NCBI GenBank assembly: GCA_951406725.2
Contig: OX597819.1
Coordinates: forward strand, 78,988,001 to 79,052,000
Reading direction: 5' to 3'
Source: Octopus vulgaris
Taxonomy: Eukaryota
DNA: 64,000 nucleotides
The position numbers and the translations under genes are program-made. Positions within the stretch are counted from its first letter, which is position 1. Every line of letters begins with the position of its first letter. The notes under the pieces were generated by a model. It ran no database searches. It saw only the letters and a program-made list of their open reading frames with translations, and was not told the origin of the DNA. Positions 52,320-64,000 of this stretch are shown here, in pieces.

Positions 52320-53830
52320 TATAATTTCAATCCAATCTAATTTGTTTCATACTTTCGGTTTCCAATGCTCCAACAGGTACGACTCACCTTCTTTAATAAC
52401 CACTTCTTTTTATCTCCCACTTCAAATCATCATATCTGATCTGTTTCTCTCCTCTTTCTGATACTCTGTATTCACCAGGGCATGCAATACCTATGATTAA
52501 ACAGGATTTTTTCCTCTTTATTCACAACCACTATATCCAGTTTTCTAGTGTTCAATTTGACGGTCACATTGGATTATTACATCCCACACTAATCTTTACC
52601 TTGTCATTCTCAATTACTCCTGAGTTTTCTCCATGCCATGTTTTTGCTCTCTCCAATCCACACTTGCCAAGTATCTCCCAATGAATCATTCTTGCAACAT
52701 TATATCGTCTTTTGTATTCTTTTGGGGGCCAGTTTCATGCATTCATACACAATATGCTATACAGTTTCACCTTTATCGTTACAAACCCTGCACAGCACGG
52801 ACAAGCGCTTCTGTCTCTGGCTTTGTCATTCGTCCTTAGCCAGTGCCACCTTCCATCAGCCTCTGTATTCTTGCTCACCTCTCTCACAAACTGCCCATTC
52901 ATAATTTATTCCATTTTCTTTTCTTTCATCTTCCTTGCTCTATGTTTTCTTTGTCCTTCTCCGCCTCCACACAAGTATCTGCCCTGACTATAACAACAAA
53001 GGTTTCAGAGCCCTCTTGATATACCACCACCACCACCTATTTTATTCTGAGCATAAAAATTTTTACAACGGGTTAGCCATCGCCTACCGTTGTACCCAGT
53101 TAGTCACAGCCTGTCTATATTGCACTCAAGGGGTACAGTGCTCCGTGCGGTGTGAATAGTTTTCTAGATTTTTCGGTCTAGCCTCTCTAACTCCTCTTTC
53201 CTCCAGTTGTTAATATCGGTACCATACCCCCAATAATGCAATTGCCCATGTACGGATTGTTTGAAACTTATTTCTTCCATTCAATTTTGACCTCTGCACT
53301 ATATCTTCCGAGGTACCCTTGCGGAAAACTTTTCTTCATTTCTGCTTCTGTCATTTCATTCACCTCCTGTCCTAATGTTACCGATCCTTTGTATGACTTC
53401 CGTTAATGATAATCCTATACCTTCAATTTTGTTGACTTCCACTTTCGTCGTGAAAATTACTCCACATTTTTTTGCAGTAACGAATTCCATTCTGACGTCC
53501 TTGCTAAAGCAATGAATTGTGTTCACTAAAGAACTGATTTGAGCTTCGTCCTCGCCATGCAGCTTGAAGTCATCTATAAATAATAGATGGTCGATCTTTT
53601 GCTGCTTTCCTATCCGGATGTTACGTTTCTTAGTAGCAATGTTAACGGAATCATGCATAAAACAAGTAGTAAAGGAGATATGCTGCTTCCTTGAAAAATC
53701 CCTCTCTTCATTCTTAACGTTCTTAAGTTCTGTCCGTAAGTTGTGAGCCCAATCTTCCAATTTTGCATGCTTTTTCTCAAAAGATTTTTGACATTTTTTG
53801 CAACTGCAAACTTTCAGTGATCCATGAATA
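52320..53830 (-). pseudogene. R4/Dong-like LINE remnant (RT to RLE)
   Basis: IDHLLFIDDFKLHG..LVNTIHCFSKDVRMEF..KKC (RT YxDD region); downstream IIGIACPGEYRVSERE..KWEIKR..VVPVGAL. Many stops and frameshifts. Confidence 0.8.
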
Positions 53831-53895
53831 TGGTATCATGTCATCATCGTCGTCATTATTATCATCATCGTCGTCATCGTCATCATCATCATTGA

Positions 53896-54340
53896 AGAAT
53901 GCGAGTTGGCAAAATCGTTAGCACGCCGAACGAAATGCTTAGCGGTATTTCGTCTGTCGCTACGTTCTGAGTTCAAATTCCGCCGAGGTCGACTTTGCTC
54001 TTCATCCTTTCGGGGTCGATAAATTAAGTACTAGACAAGTACTGGGGTCGATGTGATCGATTTTCCCTCTCCCTACAAAAATTCAGGCCTTGTGCCTATA
54101 GTAGAAAGGATTATTGTTATTAAGGTGGCAAGCTGGCAGAATCGTTAGCACGCCGGGCAAAATGCTTAGGAGCATTTTGTCCGTCTTTATGTTCTGAGTT
54201 CAAATTCCGCTGAGGTCGACTTTACCTTTCATTCTTTCGGGGTCGATAAAATAAGTACCAGTGGAACAGTGGGGTCGATGTAATCGACTCATCACCTCCT
54301 ACCAAATTTCAGGCCTTGTGCCTTTAGTAGAAAGGATTAT
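53896..54340 (+). mobile_element. Two head-to-tail SINE family C copies, CpG-intact
   Basis: Units end in gtagaaagga followed by (tta)n. Confidence 0.9.
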
Positions 54341-54354
54341 TATTATTATTATTA

Positions 54355-55075
54355 TCTTCTTTCAATTTTGCTTCCATTTCTTGCCAAGTGTATTCCTGAC
54401 ACATAGGGCGAAGAATACTCACTGCAATCATTGGTAGGCTATTAAAATAAACACACCAGATTGTTCATTTACAAAGTCACTTGATAGAAAAAAGTGGAAG
54501 GAAGAAAGAAGAAAAATTGTCTTTTAAATTAGGAAAACTGAAAAAAAGAAAATAGGGAAAAAAGGAAGGAAAATTCATAGCGACAGTACTCAATACATGT
54601 GATGTACCAGTTAAAACAATCTTTTGCCCTTGCATGGATAGTAAACCAGAGATCAGTCTCAAATAATTTTCAGTTCCTTTTTTGATAATTCCAAGTGCTC
54701 CTACAATCACTGGTATGGTAACCGTTTTGAGATACCACATTTTTATCTTTATATTTTTTGAGTCTATCAAATTCTTTCGCCAAGATATGATCACAAGGCA
54801 TGCTCATGTCAATCAATAAACAGACTTTATTATTTTGATCTTTTACAACAATAACTTGTTTATTAGCTTTGATGGTCCGTTCTGTATGTACTGGAAAGTC
54901 CCAAAGAATCGTTATATTTTCTCCCTGAGTTACAGCCTCAGCGTAGTGCTTGTACCATTTGTCAGCAGTTTGCTTTCATAATACCGACATATTAACCAGT
55001 GTAGATATTGGTCAACTCTGTCATGTCTTGATTTATATTTTATAGGTGCTAGAACTTTATACACAGAGATTAGGT
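54355..55075 (-). pseudogene. R4/Dong-like LINE 3' end
   Basis: HDRVDQYLHWLIC..ILWDFPVHTERTIKANK..LIDMSMP..MWYLKTVTIPVIVGALGII; the 3' UTR ends in (TAA)n. Confidence 0.8.
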
Positions 55076-55631
55076 GATCGACTGTTTCAATCTCATCGTT
55101 GCAGTATCGGTACTTTGGGTCTGCTCCATTTTACATCACACTGGCTTGATAGTTACGGGTCAATAAGCTCTAATATTGAGCTGTTACTGCTGCTGCTATT
55201 AGTATTATGGAGGAATTACAACCGTGTTTCGTGATCTGCTACCACAACAGCTCCTTTAGGATCCAGTTAGCTCAAGACATCATCAGGAGGAACCACGTCC
55301 GGTTTCGGCCCCTACTCCTCTACCGATGTATCGTCAGCGAGTGCCAGCCGTTGACTGACTGACTTGTCAAATCATTCCCTTTAAATACCTGCCGCTAGAC
55401 TCCAGTAGGCAACCCCAGCAAGTTGTCACGTGACACTGTCTTACCTTAACTGACTAGTGAAGGCGCGTATTCTCTAACCGACCGTCACCTGTCAGTCAGC
55501 GAAGGTGATTCAGTGTCAGCTTGTCTCGCCTAGTGACGTATTTCCCGCCGGCATGTTATGACTCTCAAGCCATTCTTGGTCTTCCCACTTCAGCCATATA
55601 TAGAAGCTGGCTTTTTCGACCGCCTCTATAT

Positions 55632-56048
55632 TATTATTTTCCTTCTTTTTTCAAATTGTCTTCCATTTCTCGCCGTGTGTTTTCCGTACACCTAGGGTAG
55701 GGAAGCTCATTGTATGCATTCCCAGATTACACACGCAAATTCACAGGTAAAATATGTATTAAAAAAAATTAATGAATTCATGAATGGATGCTGTTTTCAC
55801 AGCGATAATGCTTTTCTCAGTAAATGAGCCGTTCCAGTTAACACGATTTTTCGCACTTCCTGTAGTGGTGGTAAGCCTGGTATCATTTTCAAATAGGTTT
55901 CAGTACCTTTTTTTTTTATTCCTAGAAATCCTACAATCACTGGTACGGTAGTCGCCTCGAGATGCCACATTTTTTCAATTTCTATTAGCAAGTCTTTATA
56001 TTTACTGATCTTGTCAAATTCTTTCGCTGCTATATTGTGATCGCAACG
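55632..56048 (-). pseudogene. R4/Dong-like LINE 3' end, 5'-truncated, between (TAA)n tracts
   Basis: DKISKYKDLLIEIEKMWHLEATTVPVIVGFLG..VRKIVLTGTAHLLRKALSL*. Confidence 0.8.
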
Positions 56049-56076
56049 AATTATTATTATAATTATTATTATTATA

Positions 56077-56945
56077 AAAGCAGTGAGCTGGCAGAATCGT
56101 TAGCACGCTGGTCCAAAAGCTTAGCAGTATTTCGCCCATCGCTACGATCTGAGTTTAAATTCCACCGAGGCTGAGTTTGCCTTTTATCCTCTCGGTCTCG
56201 ATAAATTAAGTACTAGTGAAACACTAGAGCCGATGTAATTGACTTACCCACCTCTTCCAAAATTTCAGGCCGTAGAAAGGCTTATTATTATTATTAAGGC
56301 AGCTGGCTAGCAGAAACGATGCTTACCGGTATTTCTTCCGGCTCTTTACGTTCTGAGTTCGAATGGCTTGCGAGGTTTATTTTGCCTTTCATCCGTTCAG
56401 GGTCGACAAAACAGGTACCAGTTGAGCACGCGTATATGCAATCAATTCTCCGCTCCATCAAAATTACTCGCCTTGTACTAAAATTTGAAAGAATTATTAT
56501 TATTAGGGTGAAGGCAGGCAGAATTGTTAGCACGCCGGACAAAAGGCTTAGCAACATTTGTTCCGGCTCTTTACATTCTGAGTTGAAATTCCTCTGAGAT
56601 CTGCTTTGTCGGTCATCTTTTCGGGGACGATTAAATATGCCAGTTGAACACTGAAGATAATAAAGTCGATTTTTCCTTTACCTCAAAATTGCTGGCCTTG
56701 TACTAAAATTTGAATTGATTATTATTGTTCTAAGTGAATTCCTATGATCGTAGAAATGCTTTCCTGTATTTGTTCCAGGTCTTTACGTTCAAATTCAACC
56801 GCAGTCAGCTTTGCTTTTAAACTGTTAAGGATCGTTAAAATAATGTGCCAGCCAAGTGCTGAGGTCAATGCTTTCAACTTATCCTCTGCCCTCGAAATCG
56901 CTGGCTTGTGCTTAAATCATAAATCGTCCTCGTTATTATTATTAT
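56077..56945 (+). mobile_element. Four head-to-tail SINE family C copies
   Basis: Units of about 210 bp separated by short (tta)n. Confidence 0.85.
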
Positions 56946-56949
56946 TAAG

Positions 56950-57390
56950 TGAGAAAGCAGTGCATGTCATCAAAGTAACAAGGAGTAAAATATACGAAGC
57001 CCACTATCCATCTGATAAGAGTACATCAGGCACATGCATCACAACTATATGTGCGTGACAAGGTGATATACCAAGATAAACAGCGCATGACCGTGCAAGT
57101 AGGTCCCAGTTAGAATTTTCTTCAGGTTAAGTAGCCCATCCTGCTCAAAAAGTCCCTGAATAAGGGTTGTTTAAGGATGATGAGCAAAACACCCATGTTT
57201 TCAGAGGTGAATTATCCAAACCCCAAAGAATTCTTCTCAACATATGGGGCTATGATGCTCCCCCACTACTACTGCTCGTGATCAGAGATGCACATATCGT
57301 CAGCCACTAAGGGACATGCTCAACTGGTTGAGATCAAGCAAATCTGTGGTATTGAGCAGATTATTTGCTGTAGCCTATCTTTTATACCAA
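56950..57390. repeat. Interspersed repeat; second partial copy at about 50990-51175
   Basis: Shared ccccaaagaat..tatgatgctccc..gatcagagatg..caagcaaatctgtggtattgagcaga. Confidence 0.7.
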
Positions 57391-58139
57391 TAAGCATCAG
57401 AAATGTTTTATTCCACGCAGAAACTGCTGGAGTTAGTCGGAGGTTTTGCAAGCTCCAAATCCATCGCCTTGTTGGAAACCCTTCTGGATCGTCAGCAGGC
57501 ATCTCAGGGTCACAATCGTTTCGTCCATTAGCCTGTACACTTCGCCTGAGTTAGACAGCGAGGACTGAATTTGTCCTTGCCTGCGGAAAGGTTCCACTTG
57601 TGGTCTCTTATCAATCATAGCCACCTTGAGCTACCGTGCTTTGGTGACTTTCTTCAGTTGTTCGCACTCCAGATCAATCTTGTGCAGGAAATAACACACC
57701 GACCAAGTCGGAAAGCACCGATAGCTGACATTAGTAGAGAACGAGGCCGCATACATCCCTTATCAAGGTTCTCATCGATCAAGTGCTGATATTTGTTGTT
57801 GTTTTTAGCTGGTGAGAGGTACTATAAGTACATCTTGTACGGATATTACAACGTTAATATGTTTAGAATATTACGTTTGTATATCTATACCTATATATAT
57901 ATATATATATCTGTCTACCAGTCTATACATATATAGGTTTAGTGTAGACTGTCCGCGGGGGAAAGAGTACTTGATACCATAATAGAGATTAATATTATTT
58001 TTATTTTGGTCGAGTAAGTCGCTACTCTGACTTTCACCTGGCGGTGCACAAGGTCTTCAGGTATACGTAAATGCATGGACGCATACGTACATATTCACAC
58101 ACACACGCACAAAGGATTCCAGCTCCCTGGAGGCAACTG

Positions 58140-58290
58140 GTGGCTTTCAGGTATGAGTTTGACCTCGATTATTGTTTTTGTACTCATAGAGAGCAGGAAC
58201 ATGTCTGGTCTGAGTGCTGTTACGGCCATCTCCTCTGCGAAGAAGAGTCTTCCCTTCAGGTCCACTTCCATCTCCCAATCTGAGGGTGGA
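58140..58290 (-). pseudogene. HERO/R2-group LINE restriction-like endonuclease fragment
   Basis: DWEMEVDLKGRLFFAEEMAVTALRPDMFLLSMSTKTIIEVKL (LRPD motif). Confidence 0.65.
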
Positions 58291-58544
58291 TGCAAAATCG
58301 TTAATATTTCCTCTTCGCTCCCCCATGCTTACATGGATTGGACGGGATATTTCATGGTATTATTTTACAGCAGGATGCTCTTTCTGGCGTTAACCTTTGT
58401 AGTCACATCACACAACACCGGAATATGACGAACCTATTCAAAGAGCCAGGATACATATGATTGTCTAACAAGAACGGAGTGATCATGGCAAAAATCACTT
58501 TGACCATAAATTTCTTCATTCAAGGTTGACCTGGAACAATGCTT

Positions 58545-58985
58545 GTAGAATCGTTAGAGCGTCAAATGAAATACTAGAAGGTATTTCTTCCAGCTCAAAT
58601 CCTGCTGAGGTAAACTTTACTTTTCACCTCAAATAAAAACAAAGCAATAAAGTAAAGTACCATTCAAGTACTAAGGTCGATGATATCAACCAAAATTCAA
58701 AATTGCTAATCTTGTAATTACGTCAGAAATCATTAATTTAATTCATTAGCTGAATAAGCTGAAGACTGCAAACTGGCAGAAACGCTAGCACGCCGGGCGA
58801 AATGATTAGCGGTATTTCGTCTGTCGCTACGTTCTGAGTTCAAATTCCGCCAAGGTCGACTTTGACATTCATCTTTTCGGGGTCGATAAACAAATACCAG
58901 TTGCGTATTGCGTACTGGGGTCGATATAATCGACTGGTCCCCTCCCCCAAAATTTCGGGCTTTGTGCCTAGAATAGAAAAGAATT
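58545..58985 (+). mobile_element. SINE family C copies (old copy, then a well-preserved copy at 58765-58985)
   Basis: ctggcagaaacgctagcacgccgggcgaaatg...gtcgactttg. Confidence 0.8.
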
Positions 58986-59114
58986 AGCTGAATTGTTAAA
59001 ATGCCTTGCCAACTGTCGTTATTTAATTGTATTTACATATATTCTCAGTTGAAACATCTATCTGGATTGATTTGGACTTTTATTCCTCTGCTATCAATGA
59101 AGGTAGTCCAAGCA

Positions 59115-59530
59115 TTATACAAATTGTCTATACTCTAAAATAAGACACTGCGCTATGCAAGTTATATGTACTCATATATTACCCACTGTTATACAAGCCT
59201 GTACTCTTATCGACTGCATTATACAAGCTGTCTGTACTCTTGAACAAGTAATACATAAGGTGTCTGTACTTTTGTATAAGACCCACCATCATACACGTTG
59301 TCTGTACTCTTATATAAAGCCTATTATTACGCAATTTGTTGTACTGTTATATAAGACCCAGCGATATACTTGTGTTTAATCTTATATGACTGCATTTTAC
59401 AAGTTGTCTGTACTTGTTCATGACTGGATTTAATAAAAAAAATTGTCTTTACTGTTGTATACGACCAGCATCATACAAGTCAGTACTCTTACGTTGTCTG
59501 TACTCTGATAATGTCCCATCATTATAAAAG
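59115..59530. repeat. Degenerate minisatellite (unit about 35-40 bp)
   Basis: Recurring ttatacaagttgtctgtactctt. Confidence 0.8.
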
Positions 59531-59830
59531 TGTCTTTCTTTTGTGTAACAAGGAAATAGCGGAATCGAAGGAAGCTATTACGGCAAATAATAAATACAAA
59601 AACTGGAATAAATTAGTTGCTCATGAGGGAGAGACAGAAGAATTTTAATGTTTCAGACTAACTTTTCATTGGAGACATTTTTCGCAGAGAGTAAGGTTCT
59701 TATCCCTCGTAGCAAATTTACATGTATGTAATAAGGATCAAGCAAGTTGCATATACCGAAACAACGAACACTTGATATAATGAATAGAGAGTTCACTTAT
59801 TGTTCTAGAACTCGTCAATCCATATTACCG

Positions 59831-59921
59831 TTAATGTTAGCAAAGCACTGAACCACTTTTAGCGTTTTGAAACTAAGCGTTTCAAAACGCTAAAAGTGGT
59901 TCAGTGCTTTGCTAACATTAA
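59831..59921. repeat. Perfect inverted repeat, 43-bp arms, 5-nt spacer
   Basis: 59831-59873 is the exact reverse complement of 59879-59921. Confidence 0.95.
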
Positions 59922-59932
59922 TATATATATAT

Positions 59933-60235
59933 GTGGAGGCGCAATGGTCCAGTGATTAGGGCAGCGGACTCGCGGTTGTAGGATCGAAGTTTCGTTTCCC
60001 AGACCGGGCGTTGTGAGTGTTTATTGAGTGAAAACACCTAAAGCTCCACGATGCTCCGACGGGGAGTGGTGGTGATCCCTGCTGTACTCTTTCGCCACAA
60101 CTTTCTCTCACTCTTTCTTCTGTTGGCCTGCTCGCTTAGCCAGCGGGGTGGCGTCATTTGAAGGCTAAAACAATGCGAAGCGCATTGTGACCAGCGATGT
60201 GTAGCAACATTTGATAGCCTCTTCGGTCACGGTGA
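59933..60235 (+). mobile_element. tRNA-derived SINE family B in a (TA)n target
   Basis: tRNA-like head ggcgcaatggtccagtgattagggcagcgg...gtttcgtttccc, flanked by (TA)n; second copy at 19426-19728. Confidence 0.85.
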
Positions 60236-61399
60236 TATATATATATAATTATAACAAGGGATCGGAAACGAAAATAGACACCAAATGACGCTCAAAACCA
60301 CCTTAAAAACTCCAAAAAGAAGAGGTTGTAGACGGGTAAAAGAAAATGCCAAGTGATCCAGGGCGAAAAAATCCACAGAAGAGGACCATCAAAGAAGACA
60401 AGGAAAGTGATGGTAAGAGCTGATCTCAGAAGGAATTAGTTTCACGAAGTTGCTAACAACGGATCATAAGTCAAGGATCTTTTCGGTTTGACTCAGCAAT
60501 ATGTTTTGAAAATTTCTACACAGATGTAAATTTGTTGTTGTTGTAAAACTTCAGGCCAGACCGCGTCTAGCAGTGATTTGAAGGATGTTTCTCTGAAATT
60601 TCTAGCAAGTCGATCGAACACCTTTCGTTTTTAAGAGATTTAGCTGCTATTTCTAATACCTGTAACCACCATGTAAAAGTCTCCCTCCTCGGATCTTATG
60701 TACATATATACTTAAGACAGAAGACTGTGGTGTGAGGATTAGGCTTTTTAGTATCAATACGCTGCTACGAATTCATAGCAGGCCTCACTTTCGGCATGTC
60801 GAGATTGGCAGCATTGGACTAGTTGAAATTGCCATAAAAAAAAGAGCGATCGATCTTTCAAGATCTGTGACTCTTTTGTAATTAGGATTTTCGTAATTAG
60901 CTGGAAAAAACATTTGTGTATAAATAAAATCGCATGTGGCAACGTTGAATAAAAAATATTCGAGTAAAGTTATATTTAAGACATTGAGTACACTCGGACT
61001 TGAGGTCTTTCGCTGCAGAAACAGTCTCGGAAGCAAATTTTACTCGCAGATGACTTGTGGCAAAATACCTTGTGCTGTGAATGACGTCATTGTATCGTAG
61101 GATGCATGAATATCTGCATTTTTTTGCGTCGTCAGCTACAAACATTAACACAGCCTTTCACAGCCCAATAAGAACAATTTATCCTTATTACAATAGCTAT
61201 GGCACGTTTTCCGATCCTCGTACAGCTTGGACAACTTGCGCGAAGCAGCGTTGAATAAAATTTATTTGTGCGACTCATTTAATTCTAGCTCGACCAAGCT
61301 TTACGTACATCAGCAAGTGTACCGTTTGCTGGTTTATTCAAAGCTATGTTTGCAGCGATTGGTCTTCTCACATACGAGTGTTCTTGAACTTAATGAATA

Positions 61400-61912
61400 T
61401 CTATATATATAAAACTGTAGTTGTGTGAGTGTCTGTCCCCTTCGATTTAGATTCCTAACTACTCCCACATTTTGCGGTGCAGTTTAACCAAATTCGGGTA
61501 TCTTATAGTCGTGATTCATATCGAGCCCGTCTGGTTATTAGCGCGCGTCTACGATGAGTCTACGATTTTAAAAATAATTTAACATCATTTTTTATTCCAT
61601 TTTAATGCATAATTTTTCGTGTGTCGATGGCGGCGGAGTTGGCGTCCATGGTCACACCTGCACCTGTTTGCTTCTCCCCCTTCTTCCCTCCCTCGTGAAG
61701 CTGTGGGGAAGGGAGTGTAAGGAAATCAACGTCGTAAAGCGTTGTCAAGGAGACCAGCGTTCTTTTAGAACAACGACTTCATGGCTTGAAGACACCAAAA
61801 CAGAAATGGCTAAGAAAGCCCGAATTGGCATCTATAAGGGAAGTAACTCTCTAAAAATGCTTATATAGTTATTTCCCTTACAAACCCGAGCAACGCCGGG
61901 CGATACTGCTAG
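61400..61912 (+). mobile_element. Non-autonomous Helitron
   Basis: 5' A|TC (tctatatatataaaa), subterminal hairpin cccgagcaacgccggg (61885-61900), 3' CTAG|T. Confidence 0.85.
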
Positions 61913-62272
61913 TATTTAATAATTTAAAAAATTTTCCATCTGTGTACAAATTTTCAAAACATTCTTTCTTGTGTGTCAAGCGAAAAGATGTCAAGGTATC
62001 GTTGAGAAAGCAGCCGTCACATTTGGCGCAATGTGCAGGGCGAGTGGTGCAGCAAGAGCAAGCTCTGAGTATGGTAGAAACATTTGGCCTAGAGTCGCAA
62101 CATCTGACACAAAAAATCTCACACTGTTGTGAGGGAGTTTTATCGCCTACATCGGCGCGTGGTCCTGGACGCCGGAACACCGACAGAATTGCTTCACCCA
62201 CCTGATGAAGCATTCAGAGATGGTATTCAGCAACACTCTCAGCAGACAAGTGTTTACCTCAAATATAGGTCA

Positions 62273-63558
62273 TACACGAGGCGGTATCAAAAAGTGTCCG
62301 CACTAGTTCTGTAGCGCGCCAACAGATGTCAGCACACGGTTGCGTGCGCAGTGAGAGCTAGTAGCGACCTTCACGAAGCAGTGTGCCGAGTGACATCACT
62401 AATTCGCAAGGTGTGAAATTTGTGTTTTTGTTATTACATGTATGCTGTAGTCTACGATTTTTGTCATGGACAGGAAGCTGGAACAAAGAGCCAACGTGAA
62501 ATTCAGTGTTAAACTTGGAAAGTCTGCTACAGAGATATTGAGCATGCTTCGGCAAGCTTACGGCGACGAGGCACTGGGTCGTACGCAATGTTTCGACTGG
62601 CACGGGCGCATGACAGAGCTGCAACTCAATCAAGTACATTCTCATCGATTTGTTTTCGACATCCGCGGTATTGTGCATCAAAAATTCGTCCCTCGGAGCC
62701 AAACCGTCAATTGAGAATTCTACTGCGACGTTTTGAAGCGTTTGAGGGAAGACATTCGGTGAAAGCGACCGGATCTGTGGAGTGCGAAGAATTGAATTAT
62801 TCACGATGACAATACACCCTACCACAGAGCTCTCCTCATTAGTGAGTTTCTCGCCAAAAACGACATGGTATCGCTTCCGCACCGCACCCACCCTATTCGC
62901 CATCTCCTCCCCAAGATGAAAATGCAGCTAGCTCAAAGGTCGCCGTTTTAACACTGTCACCGAGATCAAGAGCGAATCGCAGAGGGTCCTCGATTCCCTT
63001 ACGGAAAACGTCTTCCAGGCCGGATTCGAAAAGTAGCAGGAACACTGGGTCCAGTGTATTGCTGCGCAAGGTAGCTATTTCGAAGGAGATAAATAATTTT
63101 TTTAAAATTAAGCATAACATAGGCGCAGGAGTGGCTGTGTGATAAGTAGCTTGCTTACCAACCACATAGTTCCGGGTTCAGTCCCACTGCGTGGCATCTT
63201 GGGCAAGTGTCTTCTGCTATAGCCTCGGGCCGACCAAAGTCTTGTGAGTGGATTTGGTAGACAGAAACTAAAAGAAGCCTGTCGTATATATATATATGTA
63301 TGTGTGTGTATATGTTTGTGTGTCTGTGTTTGTCCCCCAAACATCGCTTGACAACCGATGCTGGTGTGTTTACGTCCCCGTCACTTAGCGGTTCGGCAAA
63401 AGATACCGATAGAATAAGTACTGGGCTTACAAAGAATAAGCCCCGGGGTCGATTTGCTCGACTAAAGGCGGTGCTCCAGCATGGCCGCAGTCAAATGTCT
63501 GAAACAAGTAAAAAGAGAAAGAGAAACTAATCCGGGAACCTTGTATGCTAATAACGTA
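62273..63558 (+). mobile_element. Internally deleted mariner transposon (pseudogene) with a nested SINE
   Basis: Left end ta-cacgaggcggtatcaaaaagt; HTH region MDRKLEQRANVKFSVKLGKSATE; FDIRGIVH..HDDNTPYH..PYSP..CIAAQGSYFEGD with stops; degenerate right TIR at about 63527-63558. An 85-bp fragment of the same family lies at about 52235-52316. Confidence 0.85.
63122..63526 (+). mobile_element. SINE family A, full length, CpG-intact, inserted in the 3' end of the mariner remnant
   Basis: Closely matches 15670-16082. Confidence 0.9.
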
Positions 63559-63942
63559 AAGAATCATACTTGTAACGCGGTATTTTAGTCATTTAGGGTT
63601 GATCTTTATTTTGCTTAACTCACTGAAAACAAATCTATTGAAATATATTCAATTTTAAACAAATTTTCCAAATTTTTAATTAGTTGTTCTTTAGAGACAG
63701 AAAGAGGAAAAAAATTTTCACCTCTATAATAATTACCTTTGTTTTGGCCAAGTGGTTACGGTGAAGTACTGACGATCACTAGATCATTGGTTCGGTTTCA
63801 TCTCACGTTCCTCTGTAGATTCGACATCTGACGTGTAGCACAACGTGCATCTGTACGTACAATATCAAATCATGTATGTATGCTTGAGTGTGTGTGTATA
63901 TATATATATATCATGTGTATATATATGTATATATCATGTATA

Positions 63943-64000
<58 letters not shown>

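Noticed and set aside
59115-59530. Repeat-spacer-like array (CRISPR-like?)
   Set aside because: Degenerate minisatellite whose spacers are also homologous; eukaryotic context with no cas genes.

Overview
AT-rich, microsatellite- and SINE-saturated animal DNA. The repeat families look like those I associate with octopus (coleoid cephalopod) genomes; this comes from recall, not a database search. The only intact protein-coding sequence is a single-exon 1312-codon ORF (ATG 45653 to stop 49591, + strand) encoding a ZNF407-like protein with 1 C2HC and 18 C2H2 zinc fingers. It has a strong splice acceptor 19 nt upstream of the ATG and a candidate non-coding upstream exon at 39423-39559. The rest consists of several tRNA-derived SINE families, decayed LINEs (R4/Dong-like, RTE-like, HERO-like), a mariner remnant, hAT/piggyBac/Tc1 MITEs, Helitrons, fold-back palindromes and simple repeats. 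Short unique islands rich in homeodomain/Pbx/Meis motifs lie between these repeats. I see no clear-cut novel multi-gene system. The best leads are: a possible ancient regulatory block around ZNF407, a CpG-decay boundary near 52 kb, a multi-branched structured insert at 28.05-28.20 kb, a perfect 43-bp-arm palindrome, hammerhead-like cores, and inverted SINE pairs that could be ADAR substrates. Repeat boundaries were read by eye and are approximate.
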